Of a DNA stretch of 38,790 nt, positions 28,847 through 37,596 are shown piece after piece; within the stretch, counting starts at the first letter, position 1; each line of letters opens with the position of its first letter. Location: IMG/VR virus record IMGVR_UViG_3300042348_001285; one strand, 5' to 3'. The notes under the pieces were generated by a model. It was given only the letters and a program-made list of their open reading frames with translations, was not told the DNA's origin and ran no database searches. Origin of the DNA: a virus. Lineage: Duplodnaviria; Heunggongvirae; Uroviricota; Caudoviricetes. The position numbers and the translations under genes are program-made.

Positions 28847-29025
28847 TGGGTAGCTACCAATAGGGCTTCCATTAGTTCATTTTTGATAAACTCAGATGAC
28901 TCCATATCCCCTCTTTTTCTCTCTAAATCAGACAAGGCAGACAAGGCTTTTGCATATTTATCGAAGTTTTCTTTATCGGAAGGTGCCTTACGAATTAAGA
29001 CCTGGGCTTTTTCGATGCTATCCAT
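28843..29025 (-). CDS. 60-aa helical protein downstream of the metallopeptidase (candidate immunity/partner)
   Basis: Starts 3 nt after the peptidase stop; MDSIEKAQVLIRKA... Confidence 0.6.
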   Translation of the reverse strand: MDSIEKAQVLIRKAPSDKENFDKYAKALSALSDLERKRGDMESSEFIKNELMEALLVATQ

Positions 29026-29028
29026 AGT

Positions 29029-29911
29029 TTATCTCAGTAAGTTCCCTTCCCTTAGAACAGACTCCACCAGTTCATATTCTGCTGGAAAAAGTTTTTTCAT
29101 TTTGGGTCCAGCGAATATGTAACTTGAAAATAGCTCAGCATAGTGCTCTAGTTGATTTGTTTTACTGTATGTGCTAACTCTTTTGAAGCTATCGGGAATT
29201 CCAACTTCTTTCGCTTTGAAGTGAGCGTGGTGCCCTAGTTCGTGAACTAATGTCACCAGTGTATTATTGCTGGCTGACCCTGGAGCTTTACCCATAGTGT
29301 GTGGCAGTTCTTTACCTTGGGCGGCACTGGATAAATGCTTTTCGGCAGTGGCCTTGATTTTCTTTACTTGTGGGGTAAACCCCTGAGCTGACCGAATAAC
29401 TGTGACCCCCTCTTTATACGCTAACCCGCCCCAAGTCTTATTGTAGATTTTCTGCGAGATGGTGAAATCTGGGTTTTTGAAGTACCCTGAAAATGCGCTT
29501 CTGAAGGCTTCTTTGTTGCCTGCAATGTCCTTCCAGTCCATGAATAGGGTCTTAGTCTTATTGAAAATCCTCTGGAGAACTTCTACTCTGCGAGGGGCGT
29601 CTGGGTCCAGGTTTTTTAAATCCCGGATGGCGCCCATGATGGAGTTCCTGTTAAAGTCTATCTTTAGGTCAGGGTGAGCTTTTACTTCGCCACTTCTCAT
29701 TAGCTTGATGAATTTCCCAAGGGAATCTGCAATATATGGGCTTAATTCAACTCTGCAAACTAAACCCCGTTGAATGCAAGTTGAGCGACAAGATTTCCCT
29801 AAAGAACATCTTTTCTTCCCGGACCCCCCCCCATCTCTGGGGTGCGCCTAGGTGCTGAATAGTTCCAGCAATTGCAAAATCAAATTCTTTAGGGTTATCT
29901 ATTTCGATCAT
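29029..29911 (-). CDS. Zincin metallopeptidase (anthrax-lethal-factor-like pattern) with four-Cys leader, frameshifted at a G9 tract
   Basis: HELGHHAH plus VSTYSKTNQLEHYAELF. The same frame upstream of 29700 reads SGKKRCSLGKSCRSTCIQRGLVC with no start codon; ATG 29911 joins this frame if the G run (29824-29832) is G8. Confidence 0.75.
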
Positions 29912-30735
29912 TAATCCTCATAGGCACTTAAAATGTCGGCAATAATGCCGTTCCGGACGATATCAGATTTACTGAATTGTACTCTACCTACTCCCGATAT
30001 ATTAGCTAAACGGCGATAACTATCTAGTAGGCCGCTATCATGCCTGAAAACTTCCAAGTCAATTTGCTTGGTGTCACCTGTAATTACTACTTTGGAGTTT
30101 TCCCCCACTCTACTAATTACAGTTTTCACATTTTCTGGCATAGAATTTTGAGCTTCATCGAAAATGATTAGACTTTCATTAAATGAGCGTCCTCTCACAT
30201 CTTCAAGCATCATGGGCTCTATGATTTTCTTTGAGAGTAAGTACTCCGCTGCCCCTAAGGACCGAGTCATAACCGCGAGGTTATCATAAACGGGGCCAAC
30301 AAGTGGGGCCATTTTTTCATCTAAAGTTCCGGGTAATGCCCCTCTTCCCCTTTGGTGAGCACAACCGACATCACTCCTTAGGTAGTAAATCTTATCGAGT
30401 TTACCTTCTTTGATTGCTTCAAGCCCCCACCATAGCGCCACTAGGGTTTTTCCAACTCCCGATGGACCAACGGCAATTGTAACTACGTTGGAGTTTAAGG
30501 ACTTCCAGAGATCTTCCTGACTATCTGTTTTAGGGTAGAAAGGTAAAATATCCATGCCCCTGTTATAGGAGCGTTCAACCATTTGGGCGGACTCTGCGCG
30601 GCGCGATTTGCGCTTGTCTTTTGATCTCAACATTTGGTAAAGAGGGTTAATGACAACTGTGGATAACGTGTATGCTTCGTTGCTAATTTGGATTACATGA
30701 TCCTCACCCCCTTCGAAACTAATAGGCAGAGTCAT
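29911..30735 (-). CDS. phoH: PhoH-family ATPase
   Basis: GPSGVGKT, LPGTLDEKM.P, RGRSF, IFDEAQN, GDTKQID, DIVRN. Confidence 0.95.
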   Translation of the reverse strand: MTLPISFEGGEDHVIQISNEAYTLSTVVINPLYQMLRSKDKRKSRRAESAQMVERSYNRGMDILPFYPKTDSQEDLWKSLNSNVVTIAVGPSGVGKTLVALWWGLEAIKEGKLDKIYYLRSDVGCAHQRGRGALPGTLDEKMAPLVGPVYDNLAVMTRSLGAAEYLLSKKIIEPMMLEDVRGRSFNESLIIFDEAQNSMPENVKTVISRVGENSKVVITGDTKQIDLEVFRHDSGLLDSYRRLANISGVGRVQFSKSDIVRNGIIADILSAYED

Positions 30736-30853
30736 TTGTGAAAGGGAACTCTACGACCTTATTTTACCCTGCCCCTGGCAAAAAGCCCCCGTTAGATGGC
30801 TAATGCATCAGAGAGACCACCATTTATCGTGGTTGAGCAACCACTCTATGTAC

Positions 30854-31057
30854 TCATTCATGGACCCTTTCGACGAATAAGTCGAATCCATTAGCGCCAC
30901 CACACCATCGGGAGTAGGAGTCTTTCGGGATTGTGTATTGAGGTCTTTTTTTCGCTTGATCAAGGTACTTATCCGAGGCAAGGTCTGTAATGAGGCAACG
31001 GGTGCCGTGAAGCTCCTGCATGATAGCAGGGTTTTTGTCAGTTGGTGAAATAGCCAT
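30854..31057 (-). CDS. Hypothetical protein (67 aa; start revised to ATG 31057)
   Basis: Fills the gap between the terminase paralogue and phoH. Confidence 0.55.
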   Translation of the reverse strand: MAISPTDKNPAIMQELHGTRCLITDLASDKYLDQAKKRPQYTIPKDSYSRWCGGANGFDLFVERVHE

Positions 31058-31116
31058 TTTGATACTGTTGGTGAACAACAGCAACTTTTTATGCGGTTGC
31101 GAATCGCAATTTGTCG

Positions 31117-32523
31117 TCAGGTGACGATGGGTAGTAGTTGACTGTAGCTAACTAAGATTGCACATAGGGTGTCGGATAATGAAATCTGGAAGTTATCACA
31201 GCCATCCAACGCACTGAGAGTATCTGAACTAGAGAATTTTACTTTTCCTGAGCTTAACATTTGAGTGAAGGCATTTAATTTGGTTTGTTGCAACTTGCTA
31301 CCTACGCAAACGTTTAACCCTAAATCCTGTAGGTATACGGCCCAAGCCGCACTTCCCGAAGCGGACTCAAGTACAATTTCTTCCGCTCCGTATGCCTTAA
31401 CTGCTAGGCTTAGGATTACTCCGACAGTTTTCAAGTCCCAATTGCCTTCGTAAGTGTCAAGGACATACATGTGGTCTCTTTCTTTTGTAACCCCCGCGAT
31501 GCAAATACCTGTTTTATCAATGCTGTAGGCACTGAAAGCAGGATCAACAGAAATGATAACTCCATCTAATGGGGGGATTTCTGGTGTCGGTGAGCACCCT
31601 TTATACAGCCAAGAGAACTTTTCATCGCCGATATTCCTTCTAATATGGTTCAGATTTTCGGGGGACCAGTAGGAATTGATTCTACTCAAGGTTTCCCCTA
31701 CATTCCTACCAAGAATGTCAGCCTCTGCCTCTTCTTTACTTCCGATAATTGCTGACAGATTAATGTGGACGGCTCCTTTCGGGTTTGATACGGGGTCAAA
31801 AACACCGAATTTATCTAAGAAGTAGCCGAAAATGTCTTCATCACCCCATCTTGACCCAAGAACAACAATGGCACTGTTTTGGTGGCGCCGGGTCATAATT
31901 TCCTCTTCCATCCAGTCTTTATTTACTGTTATATTTGAGGACTTGTGATATTCATCGATCAACCAAACTCCAGGCACTTCAGAGTAGGGATTGCAGTTCC
32001 CGTAACCAGACCCCCATACAGGGCCCCCAGGAGCAGACGGCACGACATGGTGAGGATCCAGGTCAATTTTAGAAAAAATTTCCTCAAAAAGTGGATTATT
32101 AACCTCTTGCTTCACCCTATTTGCCGCCACCTTTGCAAGACTTTGGTTGTAAGAAGTTACGAAATGGTTAGTATCAGGGTCTTTACCCAGGAGCCATGAC
32201 AGAAAGAGAGAGCCCAATGTTGACTTCCCTGTGCGAGGGGGCATTGATACTAAGAGAATCGGATATCTACCTTCGGCAATGTCTTCAAAGTGAGACCCCA
32301 AGACTTCATAAGTTTCCCAATTTAGCAAGGAGTCTGTGCCTTCCGTGGCGCGAGACAAATAGTAAGGAAAACTATTTTTGGCGAATTCTTTAATGGACCG
32401 CAAAACTTCTTCCTCGGTGGCCCCATTCATTTCAAGTTCAAGAAGTCCCCTCTTATACGCTCTCCAGCTTGAATGTTCCGATAGCTGGGAAGCGTGTGTT
32501 ATTTTTGGGTGTTTTGGTGTCAT
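31117..32523 (-). CDS. Terminase large-subunit paralogue (shorter, degenerate nuclease C-terminus)
   Basis: Walker A MPPRTGKS, Walker B WLIDEY, coupling motif GSRW, nuclease ISVDPAF...VLES; lacks the HDD..DA motif. Confidence 0.8.
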   Translation of the reverse strand: MTPKHPKITHASQLSEHSSWRAYKRGLLELEMNGATEEEVLRSIKEFAKNSFPYYLSRATEGTDSLLNWETYEVLGSHFEDIAEGRYPILLVSMPPRTGKSTLGSLFLSWLLGKDPDTNHFVTSYNQSLAKVAANRVKQEVNNPLFEEIFSKIDLDPHHVVPSAPGGPVWGSGYGNCNPYSEVPGVWLIDEYHKSSNITVNKDWMEEEIMTRRHQNSAIVVLGSRWGDEDIFGYFLDKFGVFDPVSNPKGAVHINLSAIIGSKEEAEADILGRNVGETLSRINSYWSPENLNHIRRNIGDEKFSWLYKGCSPTPEIPPLDGVIISVDPAFSAYSIDKTGICIAGVTKERDHMYVLDTYEGNWDLKTVGVILSLAVKAYGAEEIVLESASGSAAWAVYLQDLGLNVCVGSKLQQTKLNAFTQMLSSGKVKFSSSDTLSALDGCDNFQISLSDTLCAILVSYSQLLPIVT

Positions 32524-32596
32524 TTTAGTTAAGATTTTGTTGGCTTGTGTTGGCTTGTGTTGATTTTTGGTTTGCTCTAGGACTTCTTACCTGGGG

Positions 32597-34327
32597 TCAG
32601 AGCGATAACCCATAACCAGTGTCATCCCTATTGAGGCGGGGTCTGGAAAAAGACTCTGGACCGATAAAACCAGAACCAGAATCTAAATTATTGTAAAGTC
32701 CAGCCGAAGGTAAATTCCTCCCTACTCTACCAGTAGGTAAATTCGAATCACCTAAGAATGGCCTTCTGTTTCCTCCGCTCCACCTCCTCGCTTGTATTAT
32801 AGCGTCTTGTACCCCACGGTCAACGGTGTCTAGCTTCATCGCATAGTACGTCAGGGACCACACAAACGCATCCACCGAGTCATCGTGCTTAACGAAGGGG
32901 AATCCTGTTAGCTCCTTAATAAAACTATCTACCCATAACCCCTCAACGAGTTTAACCCTGTCATTCTCTAAAAGTGGGCAAACAGCTTCGAGTCTAACCG
33001 TTTTTGACCTAAGGGGTCTCATTTCTTCTACAGGTATTTTTGTTTCCCGTCTCAACATTTGTATCAAGGACTGGCCGGATGCTGCCTTTTCGATACAGAT
33101 TACTTTTGGTTTGTAGAAGGAATGTAGTTGCTTAATAGATGCAATCAAATCAGGGAAACCCCATCTCCCTTTAACGATTTCCCTAATGTAAACAGTTCGG
33201 GGGTCCCTAGTTGAAATGCCAGCCACACAGACCGCAGTTTCGTCTGCACCTTCTTTTTCAGAAAACGCACAGTCTACACCTAGCCATACTACATCTAGTG
33301 GTGGGCATTTTTCTTCTTCTACCCTAACTATCCACCCAGCCTTTACAATTTGACCTTCTGCTGCAGTTGGAGTTCCTTGATAAAGGGCCGCAAATTTGGA
33401 ACTGCCCATAGTTTTCTTTTGGGCCTCCAGCATATCAATCGAGAATGCCGGGTTATCAGGCCAATGGGACTCACCGATTTGCCTACCTAAGGGGTCATCG
33501 ACGGGGTCTTCACACAGGCCCGCAATATTCACCCATCTCCAACCTTCTGGGTTTTCTTCCTCATCATAGCTACCGTCCGATTCTAAAACCTGGCCATGCA
33601 AATCATTGGCATGAAACCTGGTCGCAATAATTAGACGGCAATAATTGTTAGTTTTACGTGTCGATGCCTCTTCTTGCCACCACGTTTGGAGGCTCTCAAA
33701 AGCCCTGGCAGAAGCTGAGCTTTTCAGTGGGTCGTCGATTACCATGGCCCCCACACCTGGGCTAATAATGTTTACAGACCCTGCCGTATGGCCAGTCAAC
33801 ACACCACCGACAGAAGTAGGCAGGATGTATCCGCCACTAAGCATCTCAAATTTAGAGTCCCTAGCAAAACCTTTCCAATCAGGGAAGATTTTCTTAAAGA
33901 CAGGTGTCTTCAACATGCCGATAACTTCCTTATGGAACTTATTGGACAGTGATAAGCCATAAGAGGCAATAACGTGTTGAGTTTCTTGATCTCTCCCTAG
34001 TAACCAAGCCACAAACATTGATGCCAGCATTGATTTACCGGACCGGGGGGGACAGGATACGATCAAGTTATGGTAGCGTTTATTTGCTAGATCCTCAAAA
34101 CCACTGGCAATAATTTCATGGAAATCCGCGACCTTTAACGCACCACCCTTCATCAAGTCTGCAAAAGCCAGGAAACAATACCTAGAAGACTCAAACATGT
34201 AGTTCTGAATGACAGAGTTTGGTGCTTCTAAGACATTAAGATGATGTAAACCCCTAATGTAATGGCGCCATGAGCTGTGTTCATCTAGTTGACTAGCGTG
34301 GTTTATTATCGGTCGTGGGAGTGTCAT
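32597..34327 (-). CDS. terL: Terminase large subunit
   Basis: CPPRSGKS, MVIDDP, ATRFH..DL, LYQG.P, LGVDCAF, IEKAASG, FP..KHDDSVDA. Confidence 0.93.
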   Translation of the reverse strand: MTLPRPIINHASQLDEHSSWRHYIRGLHHLNVLEAPNSVIQNYMFESSRYCFLAFADLMKGGALKVADFHEIIASGFEDLANKRYHNLIVSCPPRSGKSMLASMFVAWLLGRDQETQHVIASYGLSLSNKFHKEVIGMLKTPVFKKIFPDWKGFARDSKFEMLSGGYILPTSVGGVLTGHTAGSVNIISPGVGAMVIDDPLKSSASARAFESLQTWWQEEASTRKTNNYCRLIIATRFHANDLHGQVLESDGSYDEEENPEGWRWVNIAGLCEDPVDDPLGRQIGESHWPDNPAFSIDMLEAQKKTMGSSKFAALYQGTPTAAEGQIVKAGWIVRVEEEKCPPLDVVWLGVDCAFSEKEGADETAVCVAGISTRDPRTVYIREIVKGRWGFPDLIASIKQLHSFYKPKVICIEKAASGQSLIQMLRRETKIPVEEMRPLRSKTVRLEAVCPLLENDRVKLVEGLWVDSFIKELTGFPFVKHDDSVDAFVWSLTYYAMKLDTVDRGVQDAIIQARRWSGGNRRPFLGDSNLPTGRVGRNLPSAGLYNNLDSGSGFIGPESFSRPRLNRDDTGYGLSL

Positions 34328-34605
34328 ACTTGGGGTTTAAACTTCTTAATGAGTTCAGCCGCAGTACCTATGTACTCCTTAGTGAGTTCCTTCTCAGACT
34401 TACTTTCACCTTCTGTCAAAGCAGCCGTATCGGAAATGAAATCCCTATGGGCTTTAACGGAGGAGTTAAAAATTTTCACTAAATCGTCAGTACTACACTC
34501 CTCCAAAGAAGCCTGGATAATAGTCAAGGAGTCCTCAGCTACTTGTAAAGTCCTGAGAGCTAGCTTTTCCTTTTGGCGTAGAATTTTTTCATTTTGATTC
34601 ATCAT
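34324..34605 (-). CDS. Small helical protein, candidate terminase small subunit
   Basis: Immediately upstream of terL with an ATGA overlap; the call is positional only. Confidence 0.4.
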   Translation of the reverse strand: MMNQNEKILRQKEKLALRTLQVAEDSLTIIQASLEECSTDDLVKIFNSSVKAHRDFISDTAALTEGESKSEKELTKEYIGTAAELIKKFKPQV

Positions 34606-34754
34606 CTGAATCTCCTATTACAACTTGAGCAACCCTGTGGTTTAGGGGTAGATTTGTAAGAGTGCAATCTTCTTAGCAGGGTTTCAGCTAGTTTGTTATC
34701 GCCGGATTTAACTGCCGTATGGTACTGAGCCCATAGGGATCTTGGAGTTTCCAT
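34602..34754 (-). CDS. 50-aa hypothetical protein with C-terminal CxxC (below the ORF-track cutoff)
   Basis: METPRSLWAQYHTAVKSGDNKLAETLLRRLHSYKSTPKPQGCSSCNRRFR*; its stop overlaps the next ATG. Confidence 0.6.
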   Translation of the reverse strand: METPRSLWAQYHTAVKSGDNKLAETLLRRLHSYKSTPKPQGCSSCNRRFR

Positions 34755-34857
34755 TTAACAATTAGCAAAGTTGACAAGGTGTAGAGTTTCCTGCCTGCGA
34801 ATCAGATTGGGAGTTGCCACTTGGATCCCATTTTTACGAGGGCAATCATGGCAATCT

Positions 34858-36090
34858 TCAACACAGGGCCGTAGGTTCTGGCCCACCCTGGCAAACCCCA
34901 CACCCAAGTTTCCACAGGGAATTCATGGAAGCAAGTTCAAATGTACCTTCTAGTAACCAACCTTTCCCTTGAGGGGATTGACCCACGAAGTAAAATCTTC
35001 CCTTAGGCGCTTGAATGAATATATCTGGTTTTACCCCAATTAATGAACCTCCCGCCAGGGTTTGGGTTTTTGCCTCTGGGTTTAGGGGGTCTGAGTAGAA
35101 AATTTGAAAAGCCCCCTTAACAACTGCAAATTCACCGGTATTCATTCCTTGGAAGAAAATGGCTTCTTTGACAGAATCGGATGCAATGCCGCTATTGCCA
35201 TCAGTTGCCCCTTCCAGTGTATTCCTCCATAATTCAACGGCGTATCTAGCCAGTTTTTTCCCAGAATCTACATAGAAAACTTCCCTCAGTGGCTGCTTAG
35301 TTTGAGCGTCCCAAACAGTAACCACTAGGCGACCATCTTCGGTATAGCTATTGTTACTTAGCAAGTAAATAGGTTGCCCCAGGGGGTCTTCTATGTATAC
35401 TTCGCTAGGATCGCAAATAAAGACCCAGTCTCCACTTTGGGTTACCTCATTACTCCATCTGATGCCGGACTGGTTGGAAAACTCATATTCTGACGGATTA
35501 GCACCAGGGTACCATGGAACATAAATACTGCCGGAAGCCTCGTCTACTACTCCGCCTAGTGGCAATGTGGTAGCTACATTAAGTCCTGGGAATAACTGCC
35601 TGCAATCTCCCCTTTGGACGCAAGGATCTAATGCGACGTATGGGTAGACTTCCTGGACTGTTACTGTATATAGTTGGGTGTATGTGTATTGAGATTGATT
35701 GGTTACCCCTGTAAATTGGGTCGATGCACAGTGGAACGGCTCAGTAACTTGCACGAAAGAACCCGACGGCACCCCACCTGAAATTGTAATCTCTGAACCC
35801 ATTAACAACTGGGTGGCAAAATCATGGCCAGAACTGGTTAGGTAATTTTGGCAGGAGAAATTCAATTCAAATTGCATCCTCTTATCGTAAATAAGGGGAA
35901 TTTTATTTGTCACATTAGACGATGCCCCCACAAATCTAACCACAATGTTATTAGTCTGATTAACCACACCCTCGTTATCCATGGCATCTGCCAGCCGTAG
36001 GACATTGACATTAAGTGGGATTAAGGGGGATGCTATTAGGGAGTCGCATAAGTACTGCTCTATGCGGGTTATAGTAGAAAGTTCAGCCAT
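34858..36090 (-). CDS. Putative neck/tail-completion protein (Mu gp37-like N-terminus) with C-terminal extension
   Basis: Follows the gp36-like gene; the N-terminal ~145 aa have a tail-terminator-like alpha/beta pattern. Confidence 0.45.
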   Translation of the reverse strand: MAELSTITRIEQYLCDSLIASPLIPLNVNVLRLADAMDNEGVVNQTNNIVVRFVGASSNVTNKIPLIYDKRMQFELNFSCQNYLTSSGHDFATQLLMGSEITISGGVPSGSFVQVTEPFHCASTQFTGVTNQSQYTYTQLYTVTVQEVYPYVALDPCVQRGDCRQLFPGLNVATTLPLGGVVDEASGSIYVPWYPGANPSEYEFSNQSGIRWSNEVTQSGDWVFICDPSEVYIEDPLGQPIYLLSNNSYTEDGRLVVTVWDAQTKQPLREVFYVDSGKKLARYAVELWRNTLEGATDGNSGIASDSVKEAIFFQGMNTGEFAVVKGAFQIFYSDPLNPEAKTQTLAGGSLIGVKPDIFIQAPKGRFYFVGQSPQGKGWLLEGTFELASMNSLWKLGCGVCQGGPEPTALC

Positions 36091-36098
36091 TGTTTACC

Positions 36099-37178
36099 TC
36101 ATGGGAATATTGTATTTGACCCGCCGATATCGTAACCACCCGCATCATTAGGTTGTATGACTTGTGGGGTGCCCCCTAGGTCTTCATAATTACTATCTGT
36201 TATCCAGTTGGAGTTAGTATTATTTTGCCCCGTGGCGCCATAACCCAATCGGTAATCTGGGGCCTGGTCCCCTGCAGTGTCTGTATTCCAACCGCCGAAA
36301 CCCTTCCCGGATACGCCATTATACCTTTGTGGAATACGCCATGTCCGCATTATGCCGCGTTTAGTATCAATAGCAGAGTCCCCGTGTCCTGCCCGAATAG
36401 CAGTCATTTGCCGTTCGGCATCTAGTTGCTTAAGGGCCTCTACATAATCACTTTTGATGTCATCTCTTTTACGGACTGTATCAAGGTAGTATCTAGCAAT
36501 AATTAATGCGGTCCTTCTGCGACTACTGGTAATTAGTACCTTGCCAGCCTTCCCAGACTGCTCAATGTAAGAGTCAATTAGAGAATTAGCGTCTTCGATT
36601 GCCATCCTAAGTTTGACTATGTTGACACTAGTTGCAGAAGCATCATCGATATTTGTCAGTTGAACGGCTTCCTTAAGGCCGAAGGCTGTGATGAAATCAT
36701 CCGGGGATGCGCTACGTGGGTCTGAGCGATTGGGTGTTAAAACTCCTGAGCGATCCTGATAAGGGAACCCATAACCGCCGATGGTCTGCCCCAAGTTAGA
36801 CCCCTTATGGGTGCCGTCGGTCTTTTCGTCAGGGGCTAACGTATTTTTAACCGCAAACCTATAAAAGGCCCTGACGGCATTCCTCTTTTTGATTACATCA
36901 TTTGAACCCGGTGGTATGGGCCCCCTGAGGCATACATTTAGGTCTAGTGGTGGCTCATACGAAACAAAGACTTCATCCCAAGGGGACAATGCAGAATCTA
37001 ACCCCAGTGAAATCATCGTATCTGAGGAATACACTATGGTGTTCACCCCGTATTGACCGAAGCATACTGTGAAGCTGGAGACGGGGACCGGTATGGTGAT
37101 GTCTAATGGCCCATCAAAGAATAGGACGACATTATTTGGGGTCGTTAAAGTGGATTCCTTTAATTTGGGTATTGCCAT
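36099..37178 (-). CDS. Head-tail connector (Mu gp36/DUF1320-like) with N-terminal Ig-like domain
   Basis: FG.KE.VQLT...AIEDANSLIDSYI...IARYYL...Y..ALKQL; N-terminal VLFFD.PL...SSFTV...VSYEPP (SwmB-like). Confidence 0.7.
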   Translation of the reverse strand: MAIPKLKESTLTTPNNVVLFFDGPLDITIPVPVSSFTVCFGQYGVNTIVYSSDTMISLGLDSALSPWDEVFVSYEPPLDLNVCLRGPIPPGSNDVIKKRNAVRAFYRFAVKNTLAPDEKTDGTHKGSNLGQTIGGYGFPYQDRSGVLTPNRSDPRSASPDDFITAFGLKEAVQLTNIDDASATSVNIVKLRMAIEDANSLIDSYIEQSGKAGKVLITSSRRRTALIIARYYLDTVRKRDDIKSDYVEALKQLDAERQMTAIRAGHGDSAIDTKRGIMRTWRIPQRYNGVSGKGFGGWNTDTAGDQAPDYRLGYGATGQNNTNSNWITDSNYEDLGGTPQVIQPNDAGGYDIGGSNTIFP

Positions 37179-37180
37179 GA

Positions 37181-37594
37181 TTATCTATGGATTAAGAAAT
37201 CGTCAGGTTCATTGGTTACGGGGAAGAAATTCTCTGATACCCAAAATGGATAGGCATCTCTATTGACTCTGACTAGGAAGCCTTTCCCCTCCGGGTACAA
37301 GCAATTGACCAATACCTGGGCAGCAAGTCTCAGGGGCCATTCATCTCTCCAGTTAATCTCCCAATGCTCTACTGTAATAAGATTACCCACAAGAGTGTAA
37401 TCGATTCTGGACACAATATAGCCGCCCCCGAAATCAGGTGCAGGGTAGTCAAAAGTTTGCTGCAATGACTCATAGGGTTCTCCGTCATATTTACCGAGGA
37501 TATATCTTCCTTGTTCTGAGCCATTTTCATAGTATAGAAAATCTTGAAAGGCAAATAGGTCTTGACGATAAATTGAAGGTCGGCGGATAGCCAT
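37181..37594 (-). CDS. Hypothetical protein (weak GNAT-like pattern)
   Basis: 137 aa; AYPFWVSENF resembles a GNAT C-terminal motif, but there is no clear acetyl-CoA motif A. Confidence 0.55.
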   Translation of the reverse strand: MAIRRPSIYRQDLFAFQDFLYYENGSEQGRYILGKYDGEPYESLQQTFDYPAPDFGGGYIVSRIDYTLVGNLITVEHWEINWRDEWPLRLAAQVLVNCLYPEGKGFLVRVNRDAYPFWVSENFFPVTNEPDDFLIHR

Positions 37595-37596
37595 TG

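Noticed and set aside
31097-31109. Palindrome TTGCGA-A-TCGCAA
   Set aside because: I saw only one copy; it could be an operator or chance.
32538-32562. 10-nt tandem repeat (TGTTGGCTTG x2.5) between the terminase genes
   Set aside because: Too short to assign as a pac site or regulatory element without further evidence.
34755-34870. Alternative-frame Cys-containing extension after the gp37-like gene
   Set aside because: No convincing start codon or slippery site, so it cannot be supported.
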